Below are positions 28,934 through 40,895 of a stretch of 64,000 nucleotides of DNA, piece by piece (positions within the stretch are counted from its first letter, which is position 1; every line of letters begins with the position of its first letter). The notes beneath the pieces were generated by a model. It had not been told where the DNA came from, searched no databases, and saw nothing but the letters and a program-made list of their open reading frames with translations. The DNA lies in assembly GCA_900542315.1 (NCBI GenBank), contig UQMV01000006.1, forward strand, positions 4,211 to 68,210, in the 5' to 3' direction. The translations under genes and the position numbers were made by a program. Source of the DNA: an uncultured Collinsella sp. (lineage in GTDB: Bacteria > Actinomycetota > Coriobacteriia > Coriobacteriales > Coriobacteriaceae).

Positions 28934-30586
28934 GTGGCGGGTAGATTGGGGCCTTCCTTGATTCGATGCGTTCTCTCGAGGTTCATCAGAGCAAAAGGGG
29001 CTTTCGTCTTCATTGCTATCACGGTGATTGGAACCGCTCTCTCCTATGCCATGCCATACGTGAACGGGAAATTCTTAGATTTTCTTCTCGGTAACCGCAG
29101 CGAAAGAGACGCCGTACTCTTCGCGCTCCTGGTTGCGTCAATAGGAGTTTTCTCCACCCTCTTTACTTATTTTGCAGGAACACTTTCCATTCGCATAACC
29201 ACGAGACTTTCCTTTGATCTTCTCAGGGAGGCCGTCTTGCGTTTTGAAAGAGACGATTACTTGGTGAGTCGGACCATCGATCCAGCCTATACAACGCAAC
29301 GGATTATTTCCGACTCCAGCGTGGTCTCATCCTTCGTTTTGGCGAATTTTATCAGTGCGCCGCTGTCCATTGTAGCCATTCCCATCGTATTGCTTATCAT
29401 ATGGTCAATTGATTCAACTCTCGCGGTGTTTTCCATCATTCTCCTCATCGTGTATTTCTGTGTAATTACTGGGTTGAGGAAACTTTTGTATAGGGTCACG
29501 TATGAGAAGAAAGAGGCGGACAGCGCCTTTTACGCCGCAATTGCATCGCAGCTTAATCAGATTCTCAACATTCAACTGACATCTTCGTACGGCAAGAGCG
29601 AACAAGCGCTCGACGCTGGGTTTAAGAGCTATTTTCCCAAAGTTTTGCGCTCCGGAAAGCTATCATATTCTCTGACATCGCTCGATGGTCTTTTCGCAGC
29701 GTTGTTTCAAGCGGTGATACTTGTTGTTTCCGGAGTACGAATCATTAACGGAACTATGTCAATAGGCGAGTACACTATCATCGGTACATACTTCGCGGTT
29801 CTCTTTAAGACTTTGAAAAGTATGATGTCATTGTTCAAATCCTATCAAGATGCCAAAGCATCATGGGATAGGACGGCTATCGCGACGAGAGAAAAGGAGA
29901 GATCGGGGTGGAATCGGACCGATTTAGCTAAACTCGATGAAATAAATGACATTTCGGTATCTGATTTGGAATTCTCGGTTGCCCTTCCAGACGGATCTGT
30001 CCGAGAGGTCCTCGGCGGGTTTTCTTTCAAGTTTTCCGGTCCTGGTACATATTGCATAGTTGGGGAAAACGGAAGAGGCAAGACGTCACTTCTTTACTTG
30101 ATGCTCGGGCTATACTCATCGAAAGGCAAAGTAAAATACAACGGCGTGCCAATCGAAGAATGCGACTTGGATTACATACGTGCGAGAGAGATATCGTGCT
30201 GCCCACAGTCGTGCTTCGCGCCGGACGAAACGGTGAAAGAGCTGTTAGAGTATTTCGACACGCCCTTTTCTTCCTATCACCGGGGTGTAGATGGCCTACT
30301 TTCGCTGGAAAACAGCGTGAAGGAGTTGCTCGGGAAACGTTGCTCCGCGCTTTCGGGCGGTGAGCTGCGCCGAGTGTACTTATGGTCGGCGATTTCACGC
30401 AAGTCGTCAGTTTTGGTACTCGACGAGCCCACGACTGGGTTAGACGCTGTAAGCCGCGCCGAGCTTGCGGCCTATGTTAAGCGCAACAAGCAAAGCCAGC
30501 TGATCATCGTTGTCTCTCACGATGACGAGATGGTCGGCGCGGTAGAAGGGGTAGTGGATTTAGGCAGCATGTACCAGGGTAAATGA
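28934..30586 (+). CDS. ABC exporter, fused transmembrane and ATP-binding domains (peptide-exporter type, no C39 domain)
   Basis: Six N-terminal TM helices; Walker A GENGRGKT, signature LSGGELRR, Walker B VLVLDEPT; GTG start; AT-rich codon usage like the rest of the island. Confidence 0.85.
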   Translation: MAGRLGPSLIRCVLSRFIRAKGAFVFIAITVIGTALSYAMPYVNGKFLDFLLGNRSERDAVLFALLVASIGVFSTLFTYFAGTLSIRITTRLSFDLLREAVLRFERDDYLVSRTIDPAYTTQRIISDSSVVSSFVLANFISAPLSIVAIPIVLLIIWSIDSTLAVFSIILLIVYFCVITGLRKLLYRVTYEKKEADSAFYAAIASQLNQILNIQLTSSYGKSEQALDAGFKSYFPKVLRSGKLSYSLTSLDGLFAALFQAVILVVSGVRIINGTMSIGEYTIIGTYFAVLFKTLKSMMSLFKSYQDAKASWDRTAIATREKERSGWNRTDLAKLDEINDISVSDLEFSVALPDGSVREVLGGFSFKFSGPGTYCIVGENGRGKTSLLYLMLGLYSSKGKVKYNGVPIEECDLDYIRAREISCCPQSCFAPDETVKELLEYFDTPFSSYHRGVDGLLSLENSVKELLGKRCSALSGGELRRVYLWSAISRKSSVLVLDEPTTGLDAVSRAELAAYVKRNKQSQLIIVVSHDDEMVGAVEGVVDLGSMYQGK

Positions 30587-31179
30587 TGACAAGTGTAGTG
30601 CTACCCAACTGGCAGAGATAACAAAAAGGCGATGCAGATGCACGTAGCATTCAGGCGGTTCGGACTCGGTGCCTTCACGCCATCGCAACGCTTTCAGATA
30701 TAGTTCTCGTTCTCTTACTAAAGGAAACTTTAGTCTACGTCATCTTGTCGAGACAGAGGTGAAGCGAAGTGTTGTCGCGACGTATCTTATTCCAGGTGGC
30801 TCAGTATCAGCGTGAGAATCGCACCAAAGTGTACTTACGATTCTCGTGTCCCACGGACAACATGAGCTGAGCATTGAGGTTCCACCCTTTGCTGCAACTA
30901 CACGGGGTTGGACGGCAATGAATATGCCGGGCCGCATACCACGCGCAGCGGGGGTCCATGTCCCAGTATGTTGCCTACAGCAGCCTCGATGTCCACGCAC
31001 ACATCATCTCTGCCTTCGCGTTCAATCCATTTGCCGGAGAGTGCGAGGGTTGCCAGGCCGTAGAATTCGAGCCGAACAAATGAAATGCGGTATCAGCGCA
31101 TAGGATTAAACTGACGATTGCTTTGCACTGAGAATACGCTTGGAAAGCCGCTATGGGTGGCGGCCCGGGTTAAATAGAG

Positions 31180-31220
31180 AAGCCCGTCCGATCACTTTCA
31201 TGTGGCGAACGGTCGGGCTT
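31180..31220 (-). terminator. hairpin terminator candidate downstream of the peptide genes
   Basis: aagcccgtccg...cggtcgggctt stem with a T-containing tail on the minus strand. Confidence 0.35.
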
Positions 31221-31286
31221 CTTATTCCACTTGCCAATGCTCGGCTCATATTGGAAGAAAGCTACGCTAATGTTTGCGTGACACTC

Positions 31287-31394
31287 CTATTTTCTCCGAA
31301 GAAAGAGTCGGATAATGAAGAATAGAATTAAAAAAGGTGCCAGATATAACGCAAGTATAAAGGCTAATCCAACGAGACCTTGCAATAATGGCAT
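31287..31394 (-). CDS. 35-aa hydrophobic single-TM peptide (MPLLQGLVGLAFILALYLAPFLILFFIIRLFLRRK)
   Basis: ATG preceded by a GGGAGG RBS at optimal spacing. It sits just downstream of precursor gene B and is shorter than the ORF-track cutoff. Confidence 0.3.
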   Translation of the reverse strand: MPLLQGLVGLAFILALYLAPFLILFFIIRLFLRRK

Positions 31395-31472
31395 AACTCC
31401 TCCCAGACACGAGATTTTGGTATTTGTTCCCATCTTATTCTGAATTGGACCAAATAGTTCCTAGCCACAAAA

Positions 31473-31652
31473 CTACTCGTCAACTGGATCGCACCAATCT
31501 GCTGGCAAAACACAGCTTGATTCTTTATCGACATAGCACCAATCCGCAACAGGGCACTCGGCGATGTCGTAAAAATTGCATATATCAACTCCAAGACAAC
31601 AAGGCTCAACGGGAGGATGTTCATTTGAACCAACAGGATGGATATGCTTCAT
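31473..31652 (-). CDS. RiPP precursor peptide B (59 aa): MKHIHPVGSNEHPPVEPCCLGVDICNFYDIAECPVADWCYVDKESSCVLPADWCDPVDE
   Basis: ATG with an AAGGTGAGGAG RBS and seven Cys. It shares the MKHIHP N-terminus and core motifs with peptide A, and its frame is not in the ORF track. Confidence 0.55.
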   Translation of the reverse strand: MKHIHPVGSNEHPPVEPCCLGVDICNFYDIAECPVADWCYVDKESSCVLPADWCDPVDE

Positions 31653-31682
31653 AACAGCTCCTCACCTTAATCCAATTAGAGA

Positions 31683-31886
31683 CTACGTTTGATCAATGCC
31701 ACAGTGATCTACAACGCAGATGCTGCCGCCATCCATGTCATAGTCGCAGTAATCGTATGCACCACAGCCATCTGCTTTATCATAAACAGTACAGATGTCA
31801 GTAATGCCCAAGAGGCAGTCAAAAGACATCGGCTTCACGCCTGCCTCGTCGCCACTTCCTGGATTAATCGGATGAATATGCTTCAC
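31683..31886 (-). CDS. RiPP precursor peptide A (67 aa): VKHIHPINPGSGDEAGVKPMSFDCLLGITDICTVYDKADGCGAYDYCDYDMDGGSICVVDHCGIDQT
   Basis: GTG start 7 nt after an AAAGGGAGG RBS; six Cys and eleven Asp in the C-terminal 48 aa; lies immediately downstream of the rSAM gene. Confidence 0.55.
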   Translation of the reverse strand: MKHIHPINPGSGDEAGVKPMSFDCLLGITDICTVYDKADGCGAYDYCDYDMDGGSICVVDHCGIDQT

Positions 31887-32055
31887 GACTACCTCCCTTT
31901 GAGTGCAGAAAAACCTCAATATTGTGTATAACAAACCAAGATGTCTAGTTCACCATATTTCTAGAATGGTTTCGGCGAACGTAGCAATAAGCTTCGCAGA
32001 CGGTAATCAGAAGAACGAACACCTCCACAATGGTGACAGCAATGCGCTGAACCGC

Positions 32056-33444
32056 TTATTCCGATACAGTAGCTTCTCGTTGATTTTTCTCCTGCGAAGA
32101 TGAGTGGCGGGAAATAAGGTCAAAAGCCATCTCGTAGCACATCTTTCTATATTCACATGATGCAGGGTGTAGACTCTTGGGCAAGTAGCCGTGCTCGTCT
32201 GCAGCCTCCCAGCTACAGCCCCCACCACAGAAAGACCGAGCCCAACAGTCCGTACAGTCAATTCTTTTTTCGACACTCTGACTCCAGTTTTCAATATACC
32301 TAGTTTCGTCAATTCCGGTGACGATGTTGCCCATTTTGAATCGCATCATCCCGACAAACCTGTGACAGGGGTATACGTCCCCTTCGGGAGTCACGGAAAT
32401 AAAACGCCTGCCAGCCCCGCATCCGACAAAGGCGATCCTGTTGCTCATAATCAAATCAACTGCAGTTTTCAATGTTCTAAACAAGGGCTTTTCCCCTTGA
32501 TCAATCTGTTTGAGATATTGATCCGCCAAATCTATTAGGCCCGCCCTGATTTTGTTTAATGAGTGTTCGTCGAGTTTGATATTCTCATCGAATGAGCTCA
32601 CGGGCGAGAAGTAAATCCTTCTGAAGCCCATCTCTTTAAACTGAAGATAGTCTTCAACAAGGTTACAGTTATTATTTGTTAAGGTCGCTCTTGCGCCGAA
32701 GGGGAACGACTCGGAAAAACGACGAACGTTTTTGTCGATATCGGAGAAAGAGCCGCCTCCCGTCTTGTACGGGCGCGATGCATCGTGCTTGCATCCTGTA
32801 CCATCGAGACTAATCAGAACAGAAAACCCGTGCTCCTTGAAAGAATTCACAGCAGTGTCATTCAAAAGCGTTCCGTTGGTCGTAATAGAATAGGTAAAGT
32901 TTCTATTGGGGTATATTCTTTTTGAATAGTCGACCGTTTTCCATATCAGCGGCTCGTTAATCATGGGTTCCCCACCAAAAAAGACGATCGCAAGCGTTTC
33001 GTTTTCCGATGAACTTGCGACGAGGTAGTCGACCGCCTTGAAGGCTATCTCGTCTGTCATCAGCAGAGGAGACGTTCCATAATCTCCTTTACCGGCAAAA
33101 CAGTAACTACAACCAAGGTTGCATGCATGTGAAACGTGGAGTTCGATGGATCTAAGTTTTCGAGGCGTGTCTTTTGTTAAGAAAGTCCGCTCAGACAATC
33201 GTTGATACTCATCAATGTCGTCTTCAAGTTCTGCTATGGTCGTTTGGTCGTAGCCTTTCGCAGCAAGTGACTTTGTTAGCAACTTCGAGTTGACCGTTCT
33301 TCCCGATGCTTCAAATATGCGAAGCGCATCTTCTGATGCTTGGTCAACCTGAAAGCAATTGCGAGTGACCTCATCGAAGCAGTAACGACGATCACTTACT
33401 GAGAAAAAATGCATACGTTCCTCAATTTCATGCTGGACTGGCAC
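32056..33444 (-). CDS. radical SAM enzyme with a C-terminal SPASM domain (peptide-modifying maturase, anSME/QhpD-like)
   Basis: CNLGCSYC (CX3CX2C) near the N-terminus; C-terminal Cys clusters (CGAG...PCHRF, CTDCWARSFCGGGCSW); GTG start. Confidence 0.85.
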   Translation of the reverse strand: MPVQHEIEERMHFFSVSDRRYCFDEVTRNCFQVDQASEDALRIFEASGRTVNSKLLTKSLAAKGYDQTTIAELEDDIDEYQRLSERTFLTKDTPRKLRSIELHVSHACNLGCSYCFAGKGDYGTSPLLMTDEIAFKAVDYLVASSSENETLAIVFFGGEPMINEPLIWKTVDYSKRIYPNRNFTYSITTNGTLLNDTAVNSFKEHGFSVLISLDGTGCKHDASRPYKTGGGSFSDIDKNVRRFSESFPFGARATLTNNNCNLVEDYLQFKEMGFRRIYFSPVSSFDENIKLDEHSLNKIRAGLIDLADQYLKQIDQGEKPLFRTLKTAVDLIMSNRIAFVGCGAGRRFISVTPEGDVYPCHRFVGMMRFKMGNIVTGIDETRYIENWSQSVEKRIDCTDCWARSFCGGGCSWEAADEHGYLPKSLHPASCEYRKMCYEMAFDLISRHSSSQEKNQREATVSE

Positions 33445-33930
33445 TAACCTTGTTTATTGTTGCGCAGCTATAAAAAACCACCAGCGGGGATTCGGTGTGC
33501 GGCCCAATCGGACTCCCAAAAGGTTCTATTTGAGACTGGCAAGCTTTGTGTTGTTGGCACTTCGACAGCGCTCTTTATTCCAACATGGAGCCTCGCAGTT
33601 TGAGTCGACTTGCCTCTGGAAGGTCCGATCTTAACTTGATTTAGGATGAAAACAGATTACAGGCGCGCTCCTCTAGAAAGAAAGGAAACCAATCGCCGCC
33701 TTTCACCAGGAAAGTTTTTATAGCCCACCTCGAGCAAAATGAAAGATGCGAGAGCGATTGGGGAACAACGCGAATCTCCCCTTTTGGGTGGGAGCGAGCC
33801 TTCAGCCACCGGCGAACGACTCGCCCTGGTCAGAATCTGGAAGTGGTGCCGGGCCGCTTGGGCCTCCCCGGTGACTTCGTGGGGCTTACCTGCCTGACGT
33901 CGAGGAGTACATCCGCAAGATTCGTTCCCT

Positions 33931-34404
33931 ATGCCGTTTGCTCTCACGCCCGCCTTAGTTTCAAGTCGGGCGAGCCGCCGCGCTCATGCGACCCGTGGCG
34001 GCGACACGTCGACGCCGCGCTCGCTGAGCACATCTTCGGTCGCGGGCGAGCACGAGGTCGCGCCGGCGCATCCGCTGGGACTGCTGTGCGTGCAAAACGG
34101 CTACGTGGTGAGCGTCCCGCGCTGGATTCAGCCGAGTGAGGAAGGCGTTGAGATCGGCGCGCTGGCAACGGGGGAGGGCGGCATCACCGACGACGTCTCG
34201 GCCCGCCATGCCCATATCTGGTGCGACGAGTCTGGCGCATGGTTTGTCGAGGACCTGTCGTCCACTAACGGCACCGTGGTGGTAAACGGGGCCACGAGTG
34301 TGTGTATTCAAGTAGAGCCCGGCTGCTCCGCCCAGCTCGACCCCGGCGACGAGCTCAAACTCGGCGAATCCACCACCTACGCCATCCTGCTCGGCGCCCT
34401 CTAG
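33931..34404 (+). CDS. FHA-domain ORF, a 3' paralogous copy with an intact FHA domain and a novel short N-terminus
   Basis: Homologous to 26730-27667 from HATRGGDTSTPRSL onward, with Trp where copy 1 has the amber codon. Its first ~18 codons derive from island-side sequence. Confidence 0.45.
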   Translation: MPFALTPALVSSRASRRAHATRGGDTSTPRSLSTSSVAGEHEVAPAHPLGLLCVQNGYVVSVPRWIQPSEEGVEIGALATGEGGITDDVSARHAHIWCDESGAWFVEDLSSTNGTVVVNGATSVCIQVEPGCSAQLDPGDELKLGESTTYAILLGAL

Positions 34405-34525
34405 CCGGCAGTTAGGGACGTTCCTTTCCTGCCGGTACTTGGGGACACTCCTTGGCGCGTCAGAGCCAGTCGTCCGGGGATGGAGGGACCATTCTGGCCT
34501 TTGGCGGTCACCCGAGGTAAACCTT
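33985..34525. repeat. direct repeat copy 2 (partner of 27240-27790)
   Basis: See copy 1. Confidence 0.8.
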
Positions 34526-34855
34526 TACCGCCCGCCTATATTTGTCGAAATTACACTTAACGGCGGGGTACAATAAACCCGCATGCGGATTTCCGTTGCG
34601 GGCGCTTCCCATCGCCGGGGCGTGCCCGGGAGCATCCGGCATGCGGCCTTTGCGGCGCTCGGTCATGTGCAAGACGGGTAGCTGGGCCTGTGGAGCGCGT
34701 GCAGCTCTCCTCGCCTCGGCATGCCTTCTCTCCACGCCATGTACCTGCCGCTGAGTCCGCCTGTCAGATGATCGGAAGCAACAACGAAAATCCCATCACG
34801 CCAACATCCCGGCGATCGCCGGGGCCTGTATACCTATATGAGAGGAGAGGGGTAT

Positions 34856-38395
<3,540 letters not shown>

Positions 38396-38406
38396 GTCTC
38401 CCGCCG

Positions 38407-38529
38407 CAGGATCTGAGGGCCAACCTTCGCGGACGTCCTCGGACATGAAAGAACCCCCGCTGCGCACTACGTGCGGCGGGGGTTCTTTCGTCCTGCGGAG
38501 TGTCCGCGAAGGTTGGCCCTCAGATCCTG
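38407..38529. repeat. ~120-bp compound palindrome immediately after PFOR, including a terminator-like inner hairpin
   Basis: Perfect 28-bp arms caggatctgagggccaaccttcgcggac / gtccgcgaaggttggccctcagatcctg flank an inner GC hairpin at 38447-38489. Confidence 0.7.
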
Positions 38530-38591
38530 CTACGACTACGTTCTCGGATTGTGTGGGCGGATGAAGGGCGTAGTTGGTCGGGTATTCCGTC

Positions 38592-38705
38592 CCCTTCGCT
38601 GTTTCGCGGCTTTGCCGCGAAACCTCGCGTTACTTTGGGGATGGATGGGGGCGTGGTTGTTGCGGCTTCTTATCCCTTTGCTTTTTCGCGGCTTTGCCGC
38701 GAAAC
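38592..38705. repeat. two copies of a 32-bp direct repeat, each holding a perfect 10-bp-stem hairpin (gtttcgcggc-ttt-gccgcgaaac)
   Basis: Copies at 38592-38623 and 38674-38705 differ at two positions. Confidence 0.6.
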
Positions 38706-38765
38706 GCGCAGCACCTTGGGAAATGCATTGATGCGTGGGCGGGGCTGGATTGCGGATTCAAATGG

Positions 38766-40127
38766 CTAGAGAGATATGGGTGCGAACGAGAAATCGTTAT
38801 TGGGGTCATCCTTTTCCATAAACTCATCGAGACAAAACGTCATGTAGATTGGAACGTACAGAACCTTGCCCTCTTTGCTGAGATTCTCGTGGCTCAGTAC
38901 AACGGCCTCGGGAATTTTGTACTCGCCCACACTCATCAGACGATCGAGGGCCGCATGCGCTCGAACTTTCTTGCCCGATTTGACCTCGATTGGGACAACA
39001 TGCCCGTGGGCGCCTTCGATCACAAAGTCAACTTCACCGACCTCACGCGTTTGGTAGTACCATGCATCCGCCCCGAGGGCAACGAGTTCCTGCGCGACCA
39101 CGTTCTCATAGAGACCACCAAGGTTGGGAGTTTTCATATCAAGATAGACAGCGCGTGCAGTGCTACCGGGGTATCGCGATGCGAGCATGCCTGTATCAGA
39201 CTCGTATAGTTTGAAGGCTGTCGTTTTCTCCGTCCTCTTGAGAGGACTCCGTGGCTCCGTCACCCTGGCGACCATCAATCCAACACCTGCGTTAACAAGC
39301 CACAGGAAATCCTGCTCATATTTTTTAAGGCGAGCTCCCTCACCCAGAGACGAAACAACAAAGCGATGAGACTCCGCCTCAAGCTGAACGGGAATTTGCT
39401 CAAAAATCGACCGAACGTTAAACGCTCGAGTCGATGCGTATTTTGAGATATCGCTTTTGTACTGATCGACCAGCTGAGTTTGAAGCTCACGTGTGCTCAC
39501 GAGCGAATAACCCGAATCAATATAATTCTGAACGACCTCCGGCATGCCGCCGCAAACGATATAAGCTCTATAGTTCTTGAGCATCGCCTCATGAATATAG
39601 TTTTCGACAGGATGTTTCTCGACAAGGCAGCTGCGAATGCCTGCAAGCACATTCTCGCTGACGCTGTTTGCCCAACAAAACTCTTCAAAATCCATCGGGC
39701 GCATAACAATGTGCTCTACATACCCCACCGGAAAAGAAGAGATCCCCTTAAACTCAGTCCCAAGCATAGACCCCGAGAAGACATAGCTAAAGCGCCCATC
39801 CTCGACCAACGCCTTCATGAGTGTAACGATCTGCGGATACTCCTGAATCTCATCGACAAAGACAAGCGTATCGCCCTCAACAAGCGGCGCATCCGCAAGA
39901 AGGGCTACGCGGTTGATAAAGTCAACGGAGTTCTTTGCGCCAACAAGTGCATTCCTTGCTTCGACATCGAGTAGTAAATTGACCTCAAAATACGAAGCGT
40001 AGTTGCTTTTTCCAAACGCGCGAATCGCATAGCTCTTGCCAATCTGACGCGCACCAGTAACGAGTAGTGCCTTATTGGAGTTATTCTTCCAGCTCAAAAG
40101 CCTATCAGTGACCTTACGGCGTAGCAT
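38766..40127 (-). CDS. AAA-superfamily ATPase with a DUF4143-type C-terminal domain
   Basis: Walker A LLVTGARQIGKS; Walker B VFVDEIQ. Sits in a lower-GC segment. The ORF-track start at 40229 reads through the upstream repeats; the likely start is Met35, which has a GGGGG RBS. Confidence 0.7.
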   Translation of the reverse strand: MLRRKVTDRLLSWKNNSNKALLVTGARQIGKSYAIRAFGKSNYASYFEVNLLLDVEARNALVGAKNSVDFINRVALLADAPLVEGDTLVFVDEIQEYPQIVTLMKALVEDGRFSYVFSGSMLGTEFKGISSFPVGYVEHIVMRPMDFEEFCWANSVSENVLAGIRSCLVEKHPVENYIHEAMLKNYRAYIVCGGMPEVVQNYIDSGYSLVSTRELQTQLVDQYKSDISKYASTRAFNVRSIFEQIPVQLEAESHRFVVSSLGEGARLKKYEQDFLWLVNAGVGLMVARVTEPRSPLKRTEKTTAFKLYESDTGMLASRYPGSTARAVYLDMKTPNLGGLYENVVAQELVALGADAWYYQTREVGEVDFVIEGAHGHVVPIEVKSGKKVRAHAALDRLMSVGEYKIPEAVVLSHENLSKEGKVLYVPIYMTFCLDEFMEKDDPNNDFSFAPISL

Positions 40128-40140
40128 TAAACCCCCAAAT

Positions 40141-40240
40141 GACAAAAATTGACAGATAGAATCGCCTAAAATCATACAAAAATTGGCAGATAATAACGTC
40201 GTAAATATACAAAAATTAGGAGATAGCAAAGGTTCGAATA
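40141..40240. repeat. three tandem ~33-bp repeats with core ACAAAAATTGRCAGATA upstream of the ATPase gene
   Basis: Units gacaaaaattgacagatagaatcgcctaaaatcat / acaaaaattggcagataataacgtcgtaaatat / acaaaaattaggagatagcaaaggttcgaatagg. Confidence 0.6.
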
Positions 40241-40368
40241 GGCCTCAAGGCCACTGAAACAGTGCTCTACTTTGCGAAGGGGCTGGGGACGCTGTTGGGT
40301 GCGTCTCCAGCCCTCTGATACTTACTTTGGATTCCGATGGTGGGGTGTTGGCGGTGCTGCTTGCTTGG

Positions 40369-40893
40369 TTACCTTGTCTCGCCGCTCTCTGTGCGTAGGC
40401 GGTAGCCGTGGACGAGGTCGCTGATGGCCGGCCAGGGAATCTGGCGGTCGACCCAAAATTGGAGCTGGACCAGATAGCGCTCGGTGGCGCGGGTGAGGGC
40501 TGCAAACTGTTCGTGAGTCTCTACCTGGGCGTAGAGGTCGCGGCTGTGGGCGAGGATTGCCGTGGTGTCATCCATTTTGCCGGTGACGTCGAAGGCGCCC
40601 GAGAACCAGTCGCACAGGCGCGCGGCGCTGTTGTTGATTGTTGCGAGGTCGGCGGTGCCGTCGTTGGCGTTCTCGTTGACCTGGGCTCGCAGGAGGGAGA
40701 GGGCGTCGGCGGCGTTCATACAGTAGCCGACGGTGAAGTTCCAGACGGCGAATTCGCGGCCTGTGTCGAGCTTGCGGCGGCGCATGTAGTCGATATCGCG
40801 CGGTTCCTCGAGCATCATTTGGCCGGCGAGGGCCTCAAGTGCAGTGGTGTACTCGGCAAGGTCGAGTGCGAGCAGGGTGTTGATATCCATCAT
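40369..40893 (-). CDS. hypothetical protein (helical, ~174 aa)
   Basis: ATG with a GGAGG RBS; the start abuts the stop of the upstream gene; no confident domain call. Confidence 0.4.
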   Translation of the reverse strand: MMDINTLLALDLAEYTTALEALAGQMMLEEPRDIDYMRRRKLDTGREFAVWNFTVGYCMNAADALSLLRAQVNENANDGTADLATINNSAARLCDWFSGAFDVTGKMDDTTAILAHSRDLYAQVETHEQFAALTRATERYLVQLQFWVDRQIPWPAISDLVHGYRLRTESGETR

Positions 40894-40895
40894 CT

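Noticed and set aside
31364-31654. ORF-track frames of 89 aa (minus) and 76 aa (plus)
   Set aside because: Wrong frames. The RBS-supported frame encodes the 59-aa Cys-rich precursor peptide B instead.
38471-39209. ORFs of 86-211 aa after PFOR
   Set aside because: They run through the palindromic and hairpin repeats and antisense to the ATPase gene.
40229-40245. tRNA T-loop-like GGTTCGAAT
   Set aside because: There is no acceptor, D or anticodon-arm complementarity around it. It is part of the third 33-bp tandem repeat.
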